Position numbers and translations under genes: made by a program | Notes under the pieces: generated by a model | Seen by the model: only the letters and a program-made list of their open reading frames with translations | Database searches by the model: none | Told to the model about the DNA's origin: nothing | In this document: positions 51,901-64,000 of the stretch, piece after piece | Numbering within the stretch: position 1 is the stretch's first letter | How the letters are laid out: every line of letters starts with the position of its first letter | From: Mobula hypostoma | Lineage: Eukaryota | Length of the DNA: 64,000 nt | Assembly: GCF_963921235.1 (NCBI RefSeq) | Contig: NC_086108.1 | Span: forward strand, 117,368,001 to 117,432,000 | Direction of reading: 5' to 3'

Positions 51901-54900
51901 ACAGGGAGCCAGTAATGTCCAAAGGGTCTGTGCAAAACAGTAGCCTATGTGTTTTAAAGGAGTGTCAGAAACTGAGATCGAACGTGTTTACAGGGAATGT
52001 GGGAAACAGGGAGCCTGGGCGTTGAAAAGCCTGTATGCTTAAAAAGTAGTGTGGAAACAGGGAAGCCGGTATGTTTAGTAAGTAGTGAAGGAAATAGGGA
52101 CCCTGCGTGTTAAAAAGGAGAGTGAAACAAGGAGCAACTCTGCTTAAAGGGAATGTGGGATCAGGGAGCCATTGTGTTTAAAGGGAAGGTGAGAAACAGG
52201 GAGCCAGTGTGTTTAAAGGGAGTGTGGGGAACAGGGAGCCAGTGTGTTTAAAGGGAGTGTGTGATACAGGGAGATAGCGTGTTTAAAGGGAGTGTGTGAT
52301 ACAGGGAGATAGCATGTTTAATGGGGAGTGTGTGATACAGGGAGATAGCGTGTTTAGAGGGAGTGTGTGATACAGGGAAATAGCATGTTTAAAGGGAGTG
52401 TGTGATACAGGGAGCCAGTGAGTTTAAAGGGAGTGTGTGATACAGGGAGCCAGTGTGTTTCAAGGGAGTGTGTGATACAGGGAGCCAGTGTGTTTAAAGG
52501 GAGTGTGTGATACAGGGAGATAGCCTGTTTAAAGGGAGTGTGTGATACAGGGAGATAGCGTGTTTAAAGGGAGTGTGTGATACAGGGAGATAGTGTGTTT
52601 AAAGGGAGTGTGTGATACAGGGCGATAGCGTGTTTAAAGGGAGTGTGTGATACAGGGAGATAGTGTGTTTAAAGGGAGTGTGTGATACAGGGAGATAGTG
52701 TGTTTAAAGGGAGTGTGTGATACAGGGAGATAGTGTGTTTAAAGGGAGTGTGAGATTCAGGGAGATAGCGTGTTTAAAGGGAGTGTGTGATACAGGGAGA
52801 TAGCGTGTTTAAAGGGAGTGTGTGATACAGGGAGCCAGTGTGTTTAAAGGGAGTGTGTGATTCAGGGAGGTAGCGTGTTTAAAGGGAGTGTTTGATACAG
52901 GGAGATAGCGTGTTTAAAGGGAGTGTGTGATACAGGGAGATAGCGTGTTTAAAGGGAGTGTGTGATAGAGGGAGCCAGTGTGTTTAAAGGGAGTGTGTGA
53001 TTCAGGGAGGTAGCGTGTTTAAAGGGAGTGTGTGATACAGGGAGATAGCGTGTTTAAAGGGAGTGTTTAATACAGGGAGATAGCGTGTTTAAATGCAGTG
53101 TGTGATACAGGGAGATAGCGTGTTTAAAAGGAGTGTGTGATATAGGGAGATAGCGTGTTTAAAGGGAGTGTGTGATACAGGGAGATAGCGTGTTTAAAGG
53201 GAGTGTGTGATACAGGGAGATAGCGCGTTTAAAACCAATGGGGGAAAAAGGAACTATTGTGTTCAAAGGAGTGGGAAACAGGGACCTCATGAATTTAAAG
53301 GGATTGTGGTGAACAGGGAACCAGTGTGTTTAAAAAGGTTTGGGAAACAGGGAGCTTGTGTTTGTCAAGGGAGTGTAGAAATCAGGGAGCCAGTGTGATT
53401 AAGGGATTGTCTGGACAGGGAGTTAGTGTGTTTAAATACATGGGGGGAACAGGGAGCCAGTAATGTCCAAAGGGTCTGTGCAAAACAGTAGCCTATGTGT
53501 TTTAAAGGAGTGTCAGAAACTGAGATCGAACGTGTTTACAGGGAATGTGGGAAACAGGGAGCCTGGGCGTTGAAAAGCCTGTATGCTTAAAAAGTAGTGT
53601 GGAAACAGGGAAGCCGGTATGTTTAGTAAGTAGTGAAGGAAATAGGGACCCTGCGTGTTAAAAAGGAGAGTGAAACAAGGAGCAAGTCTGCTTAAAGGGA
53701 ATGTGGGATCAGGGAGCCATTGTGTTTAAAGGGAAGGTGAGAAACAGGGAGCCAGTGTGTTTAAAGGGAGTGTGGGGAACAGGGAGCCAGTGTGTTTAAA
53801 GGGAGTGTGTGATACAGGGAGATAGCGTGTTTAAAGGGAGTGTGTGATACAGGGAGATAGCATGTTTAATGGGGAGTGTGTGATACAGGGAGATAGCGTG
53901 TTTAGAGGGAGTGTGTGATACAGGGAAATAGCATGTTTAAAGGGAGTGTGTGATACAGGGAGCCAGTGAGTTTAAAGGGAGTGTGTGATACAGGGAGCCA
54001 GTGTGTTTCAAGGGAGTGTGTGATACAGGGAGCCAGTGTGTTTAAAGGGAGTGTGTGATACAGGGAGATAGCCTGTTTAAAGGGAGTGTGTGATACAGGG
54101 AGATAGCGTGTTTAAAGGGAGTGTGTGATACAGGGAGATAGCGTGTTTAAAGGGAGTGTGTGATACAGGGAGCCAGTATGTTTAAAGGGAGTGTGTGATA
54201 CAGGGAGATAGTGTGTTTAAAGGGAGTGTGTGATACAGGGAGCCATTGTGTTTAAAGGGAGGGTGAGAAACAGGGAGCCAGTTTGTTTAAAAGGAGTGTG
54301 GGGAACAGGGAGCCAATGTGTTTAAAGGGAGTGTGGGGATCAGGGAGCTTGTGTGTTTAAGGGAAGTATGGGGAACGGGGAGCCAGTGTGTTTAAAGGGA
54401 GTGTGTGATACAGGGAGATAGCGTGTTTAAAGGGAGTGTGTGATACAGGGAGATAGCGTGTTTAAAGGGAGTGTGTGATACAGGGAGATAGCGTGTTTAG
54501 AGGGAGTGTGTGATACAGGGAGATAGCGTGTTTAAAGGGAGTGTGTAATACAGGGAGATAGTGTGTTTAAAGGGAGTGTGTGATACAGGGAGATAGCGTG
54601 TTTAAAGGGAGTGTGTGATACAGGGAGCCAGTGTGTTTAAAGGGAGTGTGTGATTCAGGGAGGTAGCGTGTTTAAAGGGAGTGTGTGATACAGGGAGATA
54701 GCGTGTTTAAAGGGAGTGTTTGATACAGAGAGATAGCCTGTTTAAAGGGAGTGTGTGATACAGGGAGATAGCGTGTTTAAAGGGAGTGTGTGATTCAGGG
54801 AGGTAGCGTGTTTAAAAGGAGTGTGTGATACAGGGAGATAGCGTGTTTAAAGGGAGTGTGTGATACAGGGATATAGCGTGTTTAAAGGGAGTGTGTGATA

Positions 54901-57496
54901 CAGGGAGATAGTGTGTTGAAAAGCAATGGGGGAAAAAGGAACTATTGTGTTCAAAGGAGTGGGAAACAGGGACCTCATGAATTTAAAGGGATTGTGGTGA
55001 ACAGGGAACCAGTGTGTTTAAAAAGGTTTGGGAAACAGGGAGCTTGTGTTTGTCAAGGGAGTGTAGAAATCAGGGAGCCAATGTGATTAAGGGATTGTCT
55101 GGACAGGGAGTTAGTGTGTTTAAATACATGGGGGTACAGGGAGCCAGTAATGTCCAAAGGGTCTGTGCAAAACAGTAGCCTATGCGTTTTAAAGGAGTGT
55201 CAGAAACTGAGATCGAACGTGTTTAAAGGGAATGTGGGAAACAGGGAGCCTGGGCGTTGAAAAGCCTGTATGCTTAAAAGGTAGTGTGGAAACAGGGAAG
55301 CCGGTATGTTTAGTAAGTAGTGAAGGAAATAGGGACCCTGCGTGTTTAAAAGGAGAGTGAAACAAGGAGCAAGTCTGCTTAAAGGGAATGTGGGATCAGG
55401 GAGCCATTGTGTTTAAAGGGAGGGTGCGAAACAGGGAGCCAGTGTGTTTAAAGGGAGTGTGGGGAACAGGGAGCCAGTGTGTTTAAAGGGAGTGTGGGGA
55501 TCAGGGAGCTAGTGTGTTTAAGGGAAGTATGGGGAACGGGGAGCCAGTGTGTTTAAAGGGAGTGTGTGATACAGGGAGATAGCGTGTTTAAAGGGAGTGT
55601 GTGATACAGGGAGATAGCGTGTTTAAAGGGAGTGTGTGATACAGGGAGATAGCGTGTTTAAAGGGAGTTTTGTGATACAGGGAGATAGCGTGTTTAAAGG
55701 GAGTGTGTGATACAGGGAGATAGCGTGTTTAAAGGGAGTGTGTGATACAGGGAGATAGCGTGTTTAAAGGGAGTTTTGTGATACAGGGAGATAGTGTGTT
55801 TAAAGGGAGCGTGTGATACAGGGAGATAGCGTGTTTAAAGGGAGAGTGTGATACAGGGAGATAGCGTGTTTAAAGGGAGTGTGTGATACAGGGAGATAGC
55901 GTGTTTAAAGGGAGTGTGTGATACAGGGAGATAGCGTGTTTAAAGGGAGTGTGTGATACAGGGAGATAGTGTGTTTAAAGGGAGTGTGTGATACAGGGAG
56001 ATAGCGTGTTTAAAGGGAGTGTGTGATACAGGGAGATAGCGTGTTTAAAGGGAGTGTGTTATACAGGGAGATAGCGTGTTTAAAGTGAGTGTGTGATACT
56101 GGGAGATAGCGTGTTTAAAGGGAGTGTGTGATACAGGGAGCCAGTGTGTTTAAAGGGAGTGTGTGATTCAGGGAGGTAGCGTGTTTAAAGGGAGTGTGTG
56201 ATACAGGGAGATAGCGTGTTTAAAGGGAGTGTGTGATACAGGGAGATAGCGTGTTTAAAGGGAGTGTGTGATACAGGGAGATAGCGTGTTTAAAGGGAGT
56301 GTGTGATACAGGGAGATAGCGTGTTTAAAGGGAGTGTGTGATATAGGGAGATAGCGTGTTTAAAGGGAGTGTGTGATACAGGGAGATAGCGTGTTTAAAG
56401 GGAGTGTTTGATACAGGGAGATAGCGTGTTTAAAGGGAGTGTGTGATATAGGGAGATAGCGTGTTTAAAGGGAGTGTGTGATACAGGGAGATCGCGTGTT
56501 TAAAGGGAGTGTGTGATACAGGGAGATAGCGTGTTTAAAGGGAGTGTGTGATACAGGGAGATAGCGTGTTTAAAGGGAGTGTGTGATACAGGGAGATAGC
56601 GTGTTTAAAGGGAGTGTGTGATACAGGGAGCCAGTGTGTTTAAAGGGAGTGTGTGATTCAGGGAGGTAGCGTGTTTAAGGGGAGTGTGTGATACAGGGAG
56701 ATAGCGTGTTTAAAGGGAGTGTGTGATACAGGGAGATAGTGTGTTTAAAGGGATTGTGTGATACAGGGAGATAGCGTGTTTAGAGGGAGTGTGTGATTAA
56801 GGGAGATAGCGTGTTTAAAGGGTGTGTGTGATACAGGGAGATAGCGTGTTTAAAGGGAGTGTGTGATACAGGGAGATAGCGTGTTTAAAGGCAGTGTGTG
56901 ATACAGGGAGATAGCGTGTTTAAAAGCAATGGGTGAAAATGGAACTATTGTGTTCAAAGGAGTGGGAAACAGGGACCTCATGAATTTAAAGGGATTGTGG
57001 TGAACAGGGAACCAGTGTGTTTAAAAACGTTTGGGAAACAGGGAGCTTGTGTTTGTCAAGGGAGTGTAGAAATCAGGGAGCCAGTGTGATTAAGGGATTG
57101 TCTGGACAGGGAGTTAGTGTGTTTAAATACTTGGGGGGAACAGGGAGCCAGTAATGTCCAAAGGGTCTGTGCAAAACAGTAGCCTATGTGTTTTAAAGGA
57201 GTGTCAGAAACTGAGATCGAACGTGTTTAAAGGGACTGTGGGAAACAGGGAGCCTGGGCGTTGAAAAGCCTGTATGCTTAAAAGGTAGTGTAGAAACAGG
57301 GAAGCCGGTATGTTTAGTAAGTAGTGAAGGAAACAGGAACCCTGCGTGTTTAAAAGGAGAGTGAAACAAGGAGCAAGTCTGCTTAAAGGGAATGTGGGAT
57401 CAGGGAGCCATTGTGTTTAAAGGGGGTGTGTGAAACAGGGAGCCAGTGTGTTTAAGGGGAGGGTGGGTAACAAGGAGCTCGTGTGTTTAAAGGGGA

Positions 57497-58631
57497 TCAG
57501 TGGTCAGGAAGGTGTTGGAATCGATTGTTCGGGATGAGATTACAGGGTACCTGGAGGCACATGACAAAATGGGCCAAAGCCAACATGGTTCCTGTTCTGG
57601 CTGGCTGCTGGATACCAGTGAAGTTCCACGGGGTCGGTGTTGGGACCGCTGGTTTTTACGATGTATGTTAATGATTTGGACTACGTATTAATAGATTTCT
57701 GGTTAAATTTGCCAATGATACAAAGATAGGTGGAGGAGCAGGTAGTGTTGAGGAAACAGAGAGCCTACAGAGAGACTTAGATAGTTTAGGGGAATGGGCA
57801 AAGAAGTGGCAAATGAAATACATTGTTATAAAGTGTTTGGTCATGCACTTTGGTGGAAGAAATAAAAGGGCAGACTATTATTTAGATGGGGAGAGAATTC
57901 AAAATGCAGTGATGCAAAGGGACTTGGGAGTCCTTGTGCAAGATACCCTAAAGGTTAACCTCCAGTTTGAGTCGGTTGTGAAGAAGGTGAATGCAATGTT
58001 GGCATTCATTTCTAGAGGTGTAGAATATAAGAGCAGGGATGTGATGTTGAGGCTCTATAAGGCACTCGTGAGACCACATTTGGAGTATTGTGTGCAGTTT
58101 TGGGCTCCTTATTTTAGAAAGGATATACTGACATTGGAGAGGGTTCAGAGAAGATTCACGAGAATGATTCCAGGAATGAAAGGGTTACCGTATGAGGACC
58201 ATCTGGCAGCTCTTGTGCTGTATTCCCTGGAGTTCAGGAGAATGAGGTGGGGATCTCATAGAAACATTCCAAATGTTAAAAAACAGGTTAGATATGGCAA
58301 AGTTATTTCCCATGGTAGGGGAGTCTAGGACAAGAGGGCACAACTTCAGGATTGAAGGACGTCCTTTCAGAAATAAGATGCTGAGAAATTACTTTAGTCA
58401 GAGGGTGGTAAATCTGTGGAATTTGTTGCCACGAGCGTCTGTGGGGGCCAAGTCATTAGGCATTTAAGCAGAGATAGATAGGTTCTTGATTAGCCAGGAC
58501 ATCAAAGGGTATAGGGTGAAAGCAGGGGAGTGGGAATGACTGGAAGAAATGGATCAGCCCATGATTGAATGGTGGAGCAGACCTGATGGGCCAAATGGCC
58601 TACTTCTGCTCCTATATCTTATGGTCTTATG
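57497..58631 (+). mobile_element. CR1 3' fragment with internal deletion
   Basis: ORF 57813-58328 reads ...RLYKALVRPHLEYCVQFWAP...; tail cctatatcttatggtcttatg. Confidence 0.88.
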
Positions 58632-58897
58632 ATGTGGGGAACATGGAGCTAGTGTGTTCAAAGGGGGTGTAGGGAACAGGGAGCCAGTGTGTTTAGAAGT
58701 GTGGGAAATTGGAACCCAGTGTGTTTGAAGGGAGTGTGGGAAATTGGAAGCCAGTGTGTTTGAAGGGAGTGTGGGAAAGAGGGAGCCAATCAGTTTAAAG
58801 GGAATGAGGAGTAGAGGGAACCAACATGTTTAAATGGAGTGTGAGAAACAGGCAATCTGTGTTTTTAGAGCGAGTGTGGGAAACAGGGATTCTGTGC
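58632..58897 (+). repeat. 35-bp satellite, diverged right-hand remnant
   Basis: About seven variable monomers of the flank (GGAAAC/GCCAGT) type. Confidence 0.8.
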
Positions 58898-58899
58898 AG

Positions 58900-61335
58900 A
58901 AAAACAGAAACCATATATCCATATAACAATTACAGCACAGAAACAGGCCATCTCGGCCCTTCTAGTCTGTGCCAAACTCTTACTCTCACCTAGTCCCACC
59001 AACCTGCACACAGCCTATAATCCTCCATTCCATTTCTGTCCATATATCTATCCAATTTAACTTTAAACGACAACATCGAACCTGCCTCAACCACTTCTGC
59101 TGGAAGCTCGTTCCACACAGCCACCACTCTCTGAGTAAAGAAGTTCCCCCTCATGTTACCCCTAAACTTTTGCCCCTTAACTCTTAACCCATGTCTTCTT
59201 GTTTGAATCTCCCCCACTCTTAATGGGAAAAGCCTATCCATGTGAACTCTATCCATCCCCCTCATAATTTTAAATACCTCTATCAAGTCCCCCCTCAACC
59301 TTCTACGCTCCAAAGAATAACGACCCAACTTGTTCAACCTTTCTCTGTAACTTAGGAGACGAAACCCAGGTAACATTCTTGTAAATCTTCTCTGTACTCT
59401 CTCAATTTTGTTGACATCTTTCCTATAATTCGATGACCAGAACTGTACACAATACTAAAAATTTGGCCTTATCAATGCCTTGTACAATTTCAACATTGCA
59501 TCCCAAATCCTATACTCAATGCCCTGATTTATAAAGGCCAACATACCAAAAGCTTTCTTCACCACCCTATCCACATGAGATTCCACCTTCAGGGAACTAT
59601 GCACCATTATTCCTAGATCCCTCTGTTCTACTGCATTCTTCAATGTCCTACCATTTACCATGTATGTCCTATTTTGATTAGTCCTACCAAAATGTAGCAC
59701 CTCACATTTATCAGCATTAAACTCCATCTGCCATCTTTCAGCCCGCTCTTCTAACCGGCCTAAATCTCTCCGCAAACTTTGAAAACCTACTTCATTATCC
59801 ACTTATCTTAGTTCATCTGCATACTTACTAATCCAATTTACCACCCCATCATTCAGATCATTAATATATATGACAAACAACATTGGACCCAGTACAGATC
59901 CCTGAGGCACACCACTAGTCACCGGCCTCCAATCTGACAAACAGTTATCCACCACTACTCTCCGGCGTCTCCCATCCAGCCACTGCTGAATCCATTTTAC
60001 TACTTCAATATTAATAGCTAACGATTGAACCTTCCTAACTAACCTTCCATGTAGAACCTTGTCAAAGGCCTTTTTGAAGTCCATATAGACAGCATCCACT
60101 GCTTTACCCTCATCAATTTTCCTAGTAACCTCTTCAGAAAATTCAATAAGATTTGTCAAACATGACCTTCCACGCACAAATCCATGTTGACTGTTCCTAA
60201 TCAGACCCTGTCTATCCAGATAATTATATATACCATCTCTAAGGATACTTTCCATCAATTTACCCACCACTGACGTCAAACTCACAGGCCGATATTTGAT
60301 GGGTTTACTCTTAAAACCCTTTTTAAACAATGGAACAACATGAGCAATACACCAATCCTCCGGTACCATCCCCGTTTCTAATGACATTTGAAATATTTCT
60401 GTCAGAGCCCCTGCTATTTCCACACTAACGTCCTTTAAGGTCCTAGGGAATATCTTGTCAGGACCCGGAGACTTATCCACTTTTATATTCATTAAAACCG
60501 CCAGTTCTTCCTCTTCTTTAATCGTCATAGTTTCCATAACTACCCTACTTGTTTCCCTTACCTTACACAATTTAGTATCCTTCTCGTTAGTGAATACCGA
60601 AGAAAATAAATTGTTCAAAATCTCCCTCATCTCTTTTGGCTCCGCACATAGCCGTCCACTCTGATTCTCTAAGGGACCAATTTTATCCCTCACTATCCTT
60701 TTGCTATTAATATAACTGTAGAAACCCTTTGGATTTATTTTCACCTTACTTGCCAAAGCAACCTCATACCTTCTTTTAGCTTTTCTAATTTCTTTCTTAA
60801 GATTCTTTTCACATCCTTTATATTCCTCGAGCACCTCATTTACTCCAAGCTCATTTATTATAGATCTCTGTCTTTTTCCAAACCAAGTTTCCAATATCCC
60901 TTGAAAACCATGGCTCTCTCAAACTTATAACCTTTCCTTTCAACCTAACAGGAACATAAATATTCTGTATCCTCAAAATTTCACTTTTAAATGCCTTCAA
61001 TTTCTCTATTACATCCTTCCCATAAAACTAATTGTCCCAATACACTCCTTCTAAATCCTTTTGCATCTCCTCAAAGTTAGCCTTTCTACAATCATAAATC
61101 TCAACCCTGTGTCCAGTCCCATCCTTCTCCATAATTATATTGAAACTAATGGTATTGTGATCACTGGACCCGAAGTGCTCCCCAACAAATACCTCTGTCA
61201 CCTGCCCTATCTCATTCCCTAACAGGAGATCCAACACTGCCCCTTCTCTAGTTGGTACCCCTATGTATTGCTGCAAAAAACTATCTTGCACACATTTTAC
61301 AAACTCCAAACCATCCAGCCCTTTTACAGAATGGA
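58900..61335 (-). mobile_element. CR1 LINE (same subfamily as 27773-29821), RT and part of endonuclease
   Basis: ORFs 59803-60894 (GVPQGSVLGP...YAD), 59455-59802, 58990-59376 and 61028-61309 (GSSDH). Confidence 0.9.
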
Positions 61336-62021
61336 AAATATAGAAAATATAGAAAACATAGAAAACCTACAGCACAATACAGGCCCTCTGCCCACAAAGC
61401 TGTGCAGAACATGGCCTTACCATAGAACTACCAAAGCTTACCCATAGCCCTCTATTTTTCAAAGCTTCATGTATCCATACAGGAGTCTCTTAAAAGACTC
61501 TATCATTTCCACCTCCACCACCATCGCCGGCAGCCCATTCCACGCACTCACCACTCTCTGTGTAAAAAAACTTACCCCTGACATCTCCTCTGTACCTGCT
61601 TCCAAGCACCTTAAAACTATGCCCTCTCGTGCTAGCCATTTCAGCCCTGGAGAAAAGCCTCTGACTACCCACATCATCAATGCCTCTCATTTTCTTGTAC
61701 ACCTCTATCAGGTCACCTCTCATCCCCTGTTGCTCCAATGAGAAAAGGCCAAGTTCACTCAACCTATTCTCATAAGGCATGCTCCCCAATCCAGTCAATA
61801 TCCTTGTAAATCTCCTCTGCACCCTTTCTATGGTTTCCACATCCTTCCTATAGTGAGGCGACCAGAACTGAGCACAGTATTCCAAGTGGGGTCTGACCAG
61901 GGTCCTATATAGCTGTAACATTACCTCTCGGCTCTTAAACTCAATCCCAAAATTGATGAAGGCCAACGCACCATATGCCTTCTTAACCACAGAGTCAACC
62001 TGAGCAGCAGCTTTGAGTGTC
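61336..62021 (-). mobile_element. CR1 3' fragment
   Basis: Reverse tail atagaaaatatagaaaacatagaaaa; LYRTLVRPHLEYCAQFWSP (ORF 61490-62143). Confidence 0.85.
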
Positions 62022-62605
62022 AAAACCTTAGAAACCATAGAAACTCCAGCACAGAAACAGGCCTTTTGGCCCTTCTTGGCTGTGCCGAACCATTTTCGGT
62101 CTAGTCCCACTGACCTGCACACGGACCATATCCCTCCATACACCTCCCATCCATGTATCTGTCCAATTTATTCTTAAATGTTAAAAAAGAACCCGCATTT
62201 ACCACCTCATCTGGCAGCTCATTCCATACTCCCACCACTCTCTGTGTGAAGAAGCCCCCTCTAATGTTCCCTTTAAACGTTTCCCCCCTCACCCTTAACC
62301 CATGTCCTCTGGTTTTTTTCTCCACTTGCCTCAGTGGAAAAAGCCTGCTTGCATTCACTCTGTCTATACCCATCATAATTTTATATACCTCTATCAAATC
62401 TCCCCTCATTCTTCTACACTCTAGAGAATAAAGTCCTAACCTATTCAACCTTTCTCTGTAACTGAGTTTCTCAAGTCCCGGCAACATCCTTGTAAACCTT
62501 CTCTGCACTCTTTCAACCTTATTTATATCCTTCCTGTAATTTGGTGACCAAAACTGAACACAATACTCCAGATTCGGCCTCACCAATACCTTATACAACC
62601 TCATC

Positions 62606-63911
62606 TGACTCTCACAGCTATCTGGACTATTCCTCTTCTCACCCTGTCTCTTGCAAAAACGTCATCTCCTTCTCGCAATTCCTCCGTCTCCGCCGCATCT
62701 GCTCTCAGGATGAGGCTTTTCATTCTAGGACGAGGGAGATGTCTTCCTTTTTTAAAGAAAGGGGCTTCCCTTCCCCCACTATCAACTCTGCCCTTAAACG
62801 CATCTCCCCCATTTCACGTACATCTGCTCTCACTCCATCCTCCCGCCACCCCACTAGGAATAGGGTTCCCCTGGTCCTCACCTACCACCCCACCATCCTC
62901 CGGGTCCAACATATTATCCTCCGTAACTTCCGCCACCTCCAACGGGATCCCACCACTAAGCACATCTTTCCCTCCCCACCTCTCTCTGCATTCCGCAGGG
63001 ATCGCTCCCTACACAATTCCCTTGTCCATTCGTCCCCCCATCCCTCCCCACTGATCTCCCTCCTGGCACTTATCTGTGTAAGCGGAACAAGTGCTACACA
63101 TGCCCTTACACTTCCTCCCTTACCACCATTCAGGGCCCCAAACAGTCCTTCCAGGTGATGCATCACTTCACCTGTGAGTCGACTGGGGTGATATACTGCG
63201 TCCGGTGCTCCCGATGTGGCCTTTTATATATTGGTGAGACCCGACGCAGACTGGGAGACCGCTTTGCTGAACATCTATGCTCTGTCCGCCAGAGAAAGCA
63301 GGATCTCCCAGTGGCCACACATTTTAATTCCACATCCCATTCCCATTCCGACATGTCTATCCACGGCCTCCTCTACTGTAAAGATGAAGCCACACTCAGG
63401 TTGGAGGAACACCACCTTATATTGCGTCTGGGTAGCCTCCAACCTGATGGCATGAACATCGACTTCTCTAACTTCCGCTAAGGCCCCACCTCCCCCTCGT
63501 ACCCCATCCGTTACTCATTTTTATGCACACATTCTTTCTCTCACTCTCCTTTTTCTCCCTCTGTCCCTCTGAATATACCTCTTGCCCATCCTCTGGGTCC
63601 CCCCCACCTCCTTGTCTTTCTTCCTGGACCTCCTGTCCCATGATCCTCTTGTATCCCCTTTTGCCTATCACTTGTCCAGCTCTTGGCTCTATCCCTCCCC
63701 CTCCTGTCTTCTCCTATCATTTTGGATCTCCCCCTTCCCCTCCAACTTTCAAATCCCTTACTCACTCTTCCTTCAGTTAGTCCTGACGAAGGGTCTCGGC
63801 CTGAAACGTCAACTGCACCTCTTCCTACAGATGCTGCTTGGCCTGCTGCGTTCACCAGCAACTTTGATGTGTGTTGCTTGAATTTCCAGCATCTGCAGAA
63901 TTCCTGTTGTT
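62606..63911 (+). mobile_element. 5'-truncated Penelope-like element: RT C-terminal region, GIY-YIG endonuclease, 3' region with hammerhead
   Basis: DSHSYLDYSSSHP...SQFLRLRRICS...ERGFP (ORF 62541-63158) and GVIYCVRCSRCGLLYIGETRRRLGDRFAEH (63155-63481). A 6-bp duplication CTCATC lies at 62600-62605 and 63912-63917. Confidence 0.9.
63778..63815 (+). ncRNA. Minimal type I hammerhead motif (core intact, first stem I pair mismatched)
   Basis: TAGTC-CTGACGA-A-GGGT(CTCG)GCCT-GAAAC-GTC-AACTG. Confidence 0.7.
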
Positions 63912-64000
63912 CTCATCATAACATTCCAGCTCTTATACTTAATACTTTGATTAATAAAGGCCAATGTACCAAAAGCTCTTTATGACCCTATATACTTGTG

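Larger units (their letters stand above)
34290..57496 (+). repeat. 35-bp satellite homogeneous core (GCGTGTTTAAAGGGAGTGTGTGATACAGGGAGATA) with higher-order repeats
   Basis: Hundreds of near-identical monomers. A ~520-bp block of diverged monomers (starts AAGCAATGGG) recurs 11 times, near 36621, 38134, 41165, 44231, 46129, 48237, 50137, 51685, 53233, 54921 and 56924. Confidence 0.97.
62028..64000 (-). mobile_element. CR1 3' fragment (62028-62605, resuming at 63912) split by a Penelope-like element
   Basis: ORF 62101-62604 reads RLYKVLVRPNLEYCVQFWSP...; CR1 sequence resumes after 63911. Confidence 0.82.

Noticed and set aside
36595..55086. Ten near-identical 63-aa ORFs (MIQGDS...) as a tandem gene family
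   Set aside because: GTG-started chance frames across satellite monomers; the 11th block has an early stop; no splice or domain evidence.
34290..57496. CRISPR-like array (35-bp periodic repeats)
   Set aside because: Monomers are head-to-tail with no unique spacers, there are no cas genes, and the context is vertebrate.
22010..58897. Interstitial telomeric repeat
   Set aside because: TTTAAAGGG only loosely resembles TTAGGG, and no (TTAGGG)n run was seen.
27773..61335. Oppositely oriented same-subfamily CR1 copies as terminal inverted repeats of a giant element enclosing the core
   Set aside because: Different 5' extents, many independent substitutions and indels, no shared TSD, and satellite continues outside the left copy; independent insertions suffice.

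Overview
Eukaryotic genomic DNA, most likely a cartilaginous fish (inferred from dense CR1 LINEs with (TTCTATGT)n/(TCTTATGG)n-type tails). Positions 881-21591 hold the last four coding exons of an olfactomedin/noelin gene most like OLFM3 (+ strand; 156, 220, 107 and 696 nt, all GT-AG and in frame). Its two long introns are nested, mostly antisense CR1 fragments. About 0.4 kb after the stop codon a ~37 kb G-rich 35-bp satellite begins. It has diverged, TE-invaded flanks and a homogeneous core (34.3-57.5 kb) organised into higher-order repeats, with one 919-bp CR1 3' fragment copied three times by array duplication. Penelope-like (GIY-YIG) retroelements and short derivatives carry a minimal type I hammerhead ribozyme motif (six recognisable copies, one with a G5A core change). 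One of these elements is an inverted-repeat insertion with a 15-bp target-site duplication. An ORF-less RTE-type SINE, a Rex1/Babar fragment and a possible LTR end are also present. No CRISPR, rRNA or tRNA was seen. All calls are by eye, family assignments rest on recalled sequences, and degraded TE boundaries are approximate. I see no wholly new system; the hammerhead elements and satellite architecture are the best leads.
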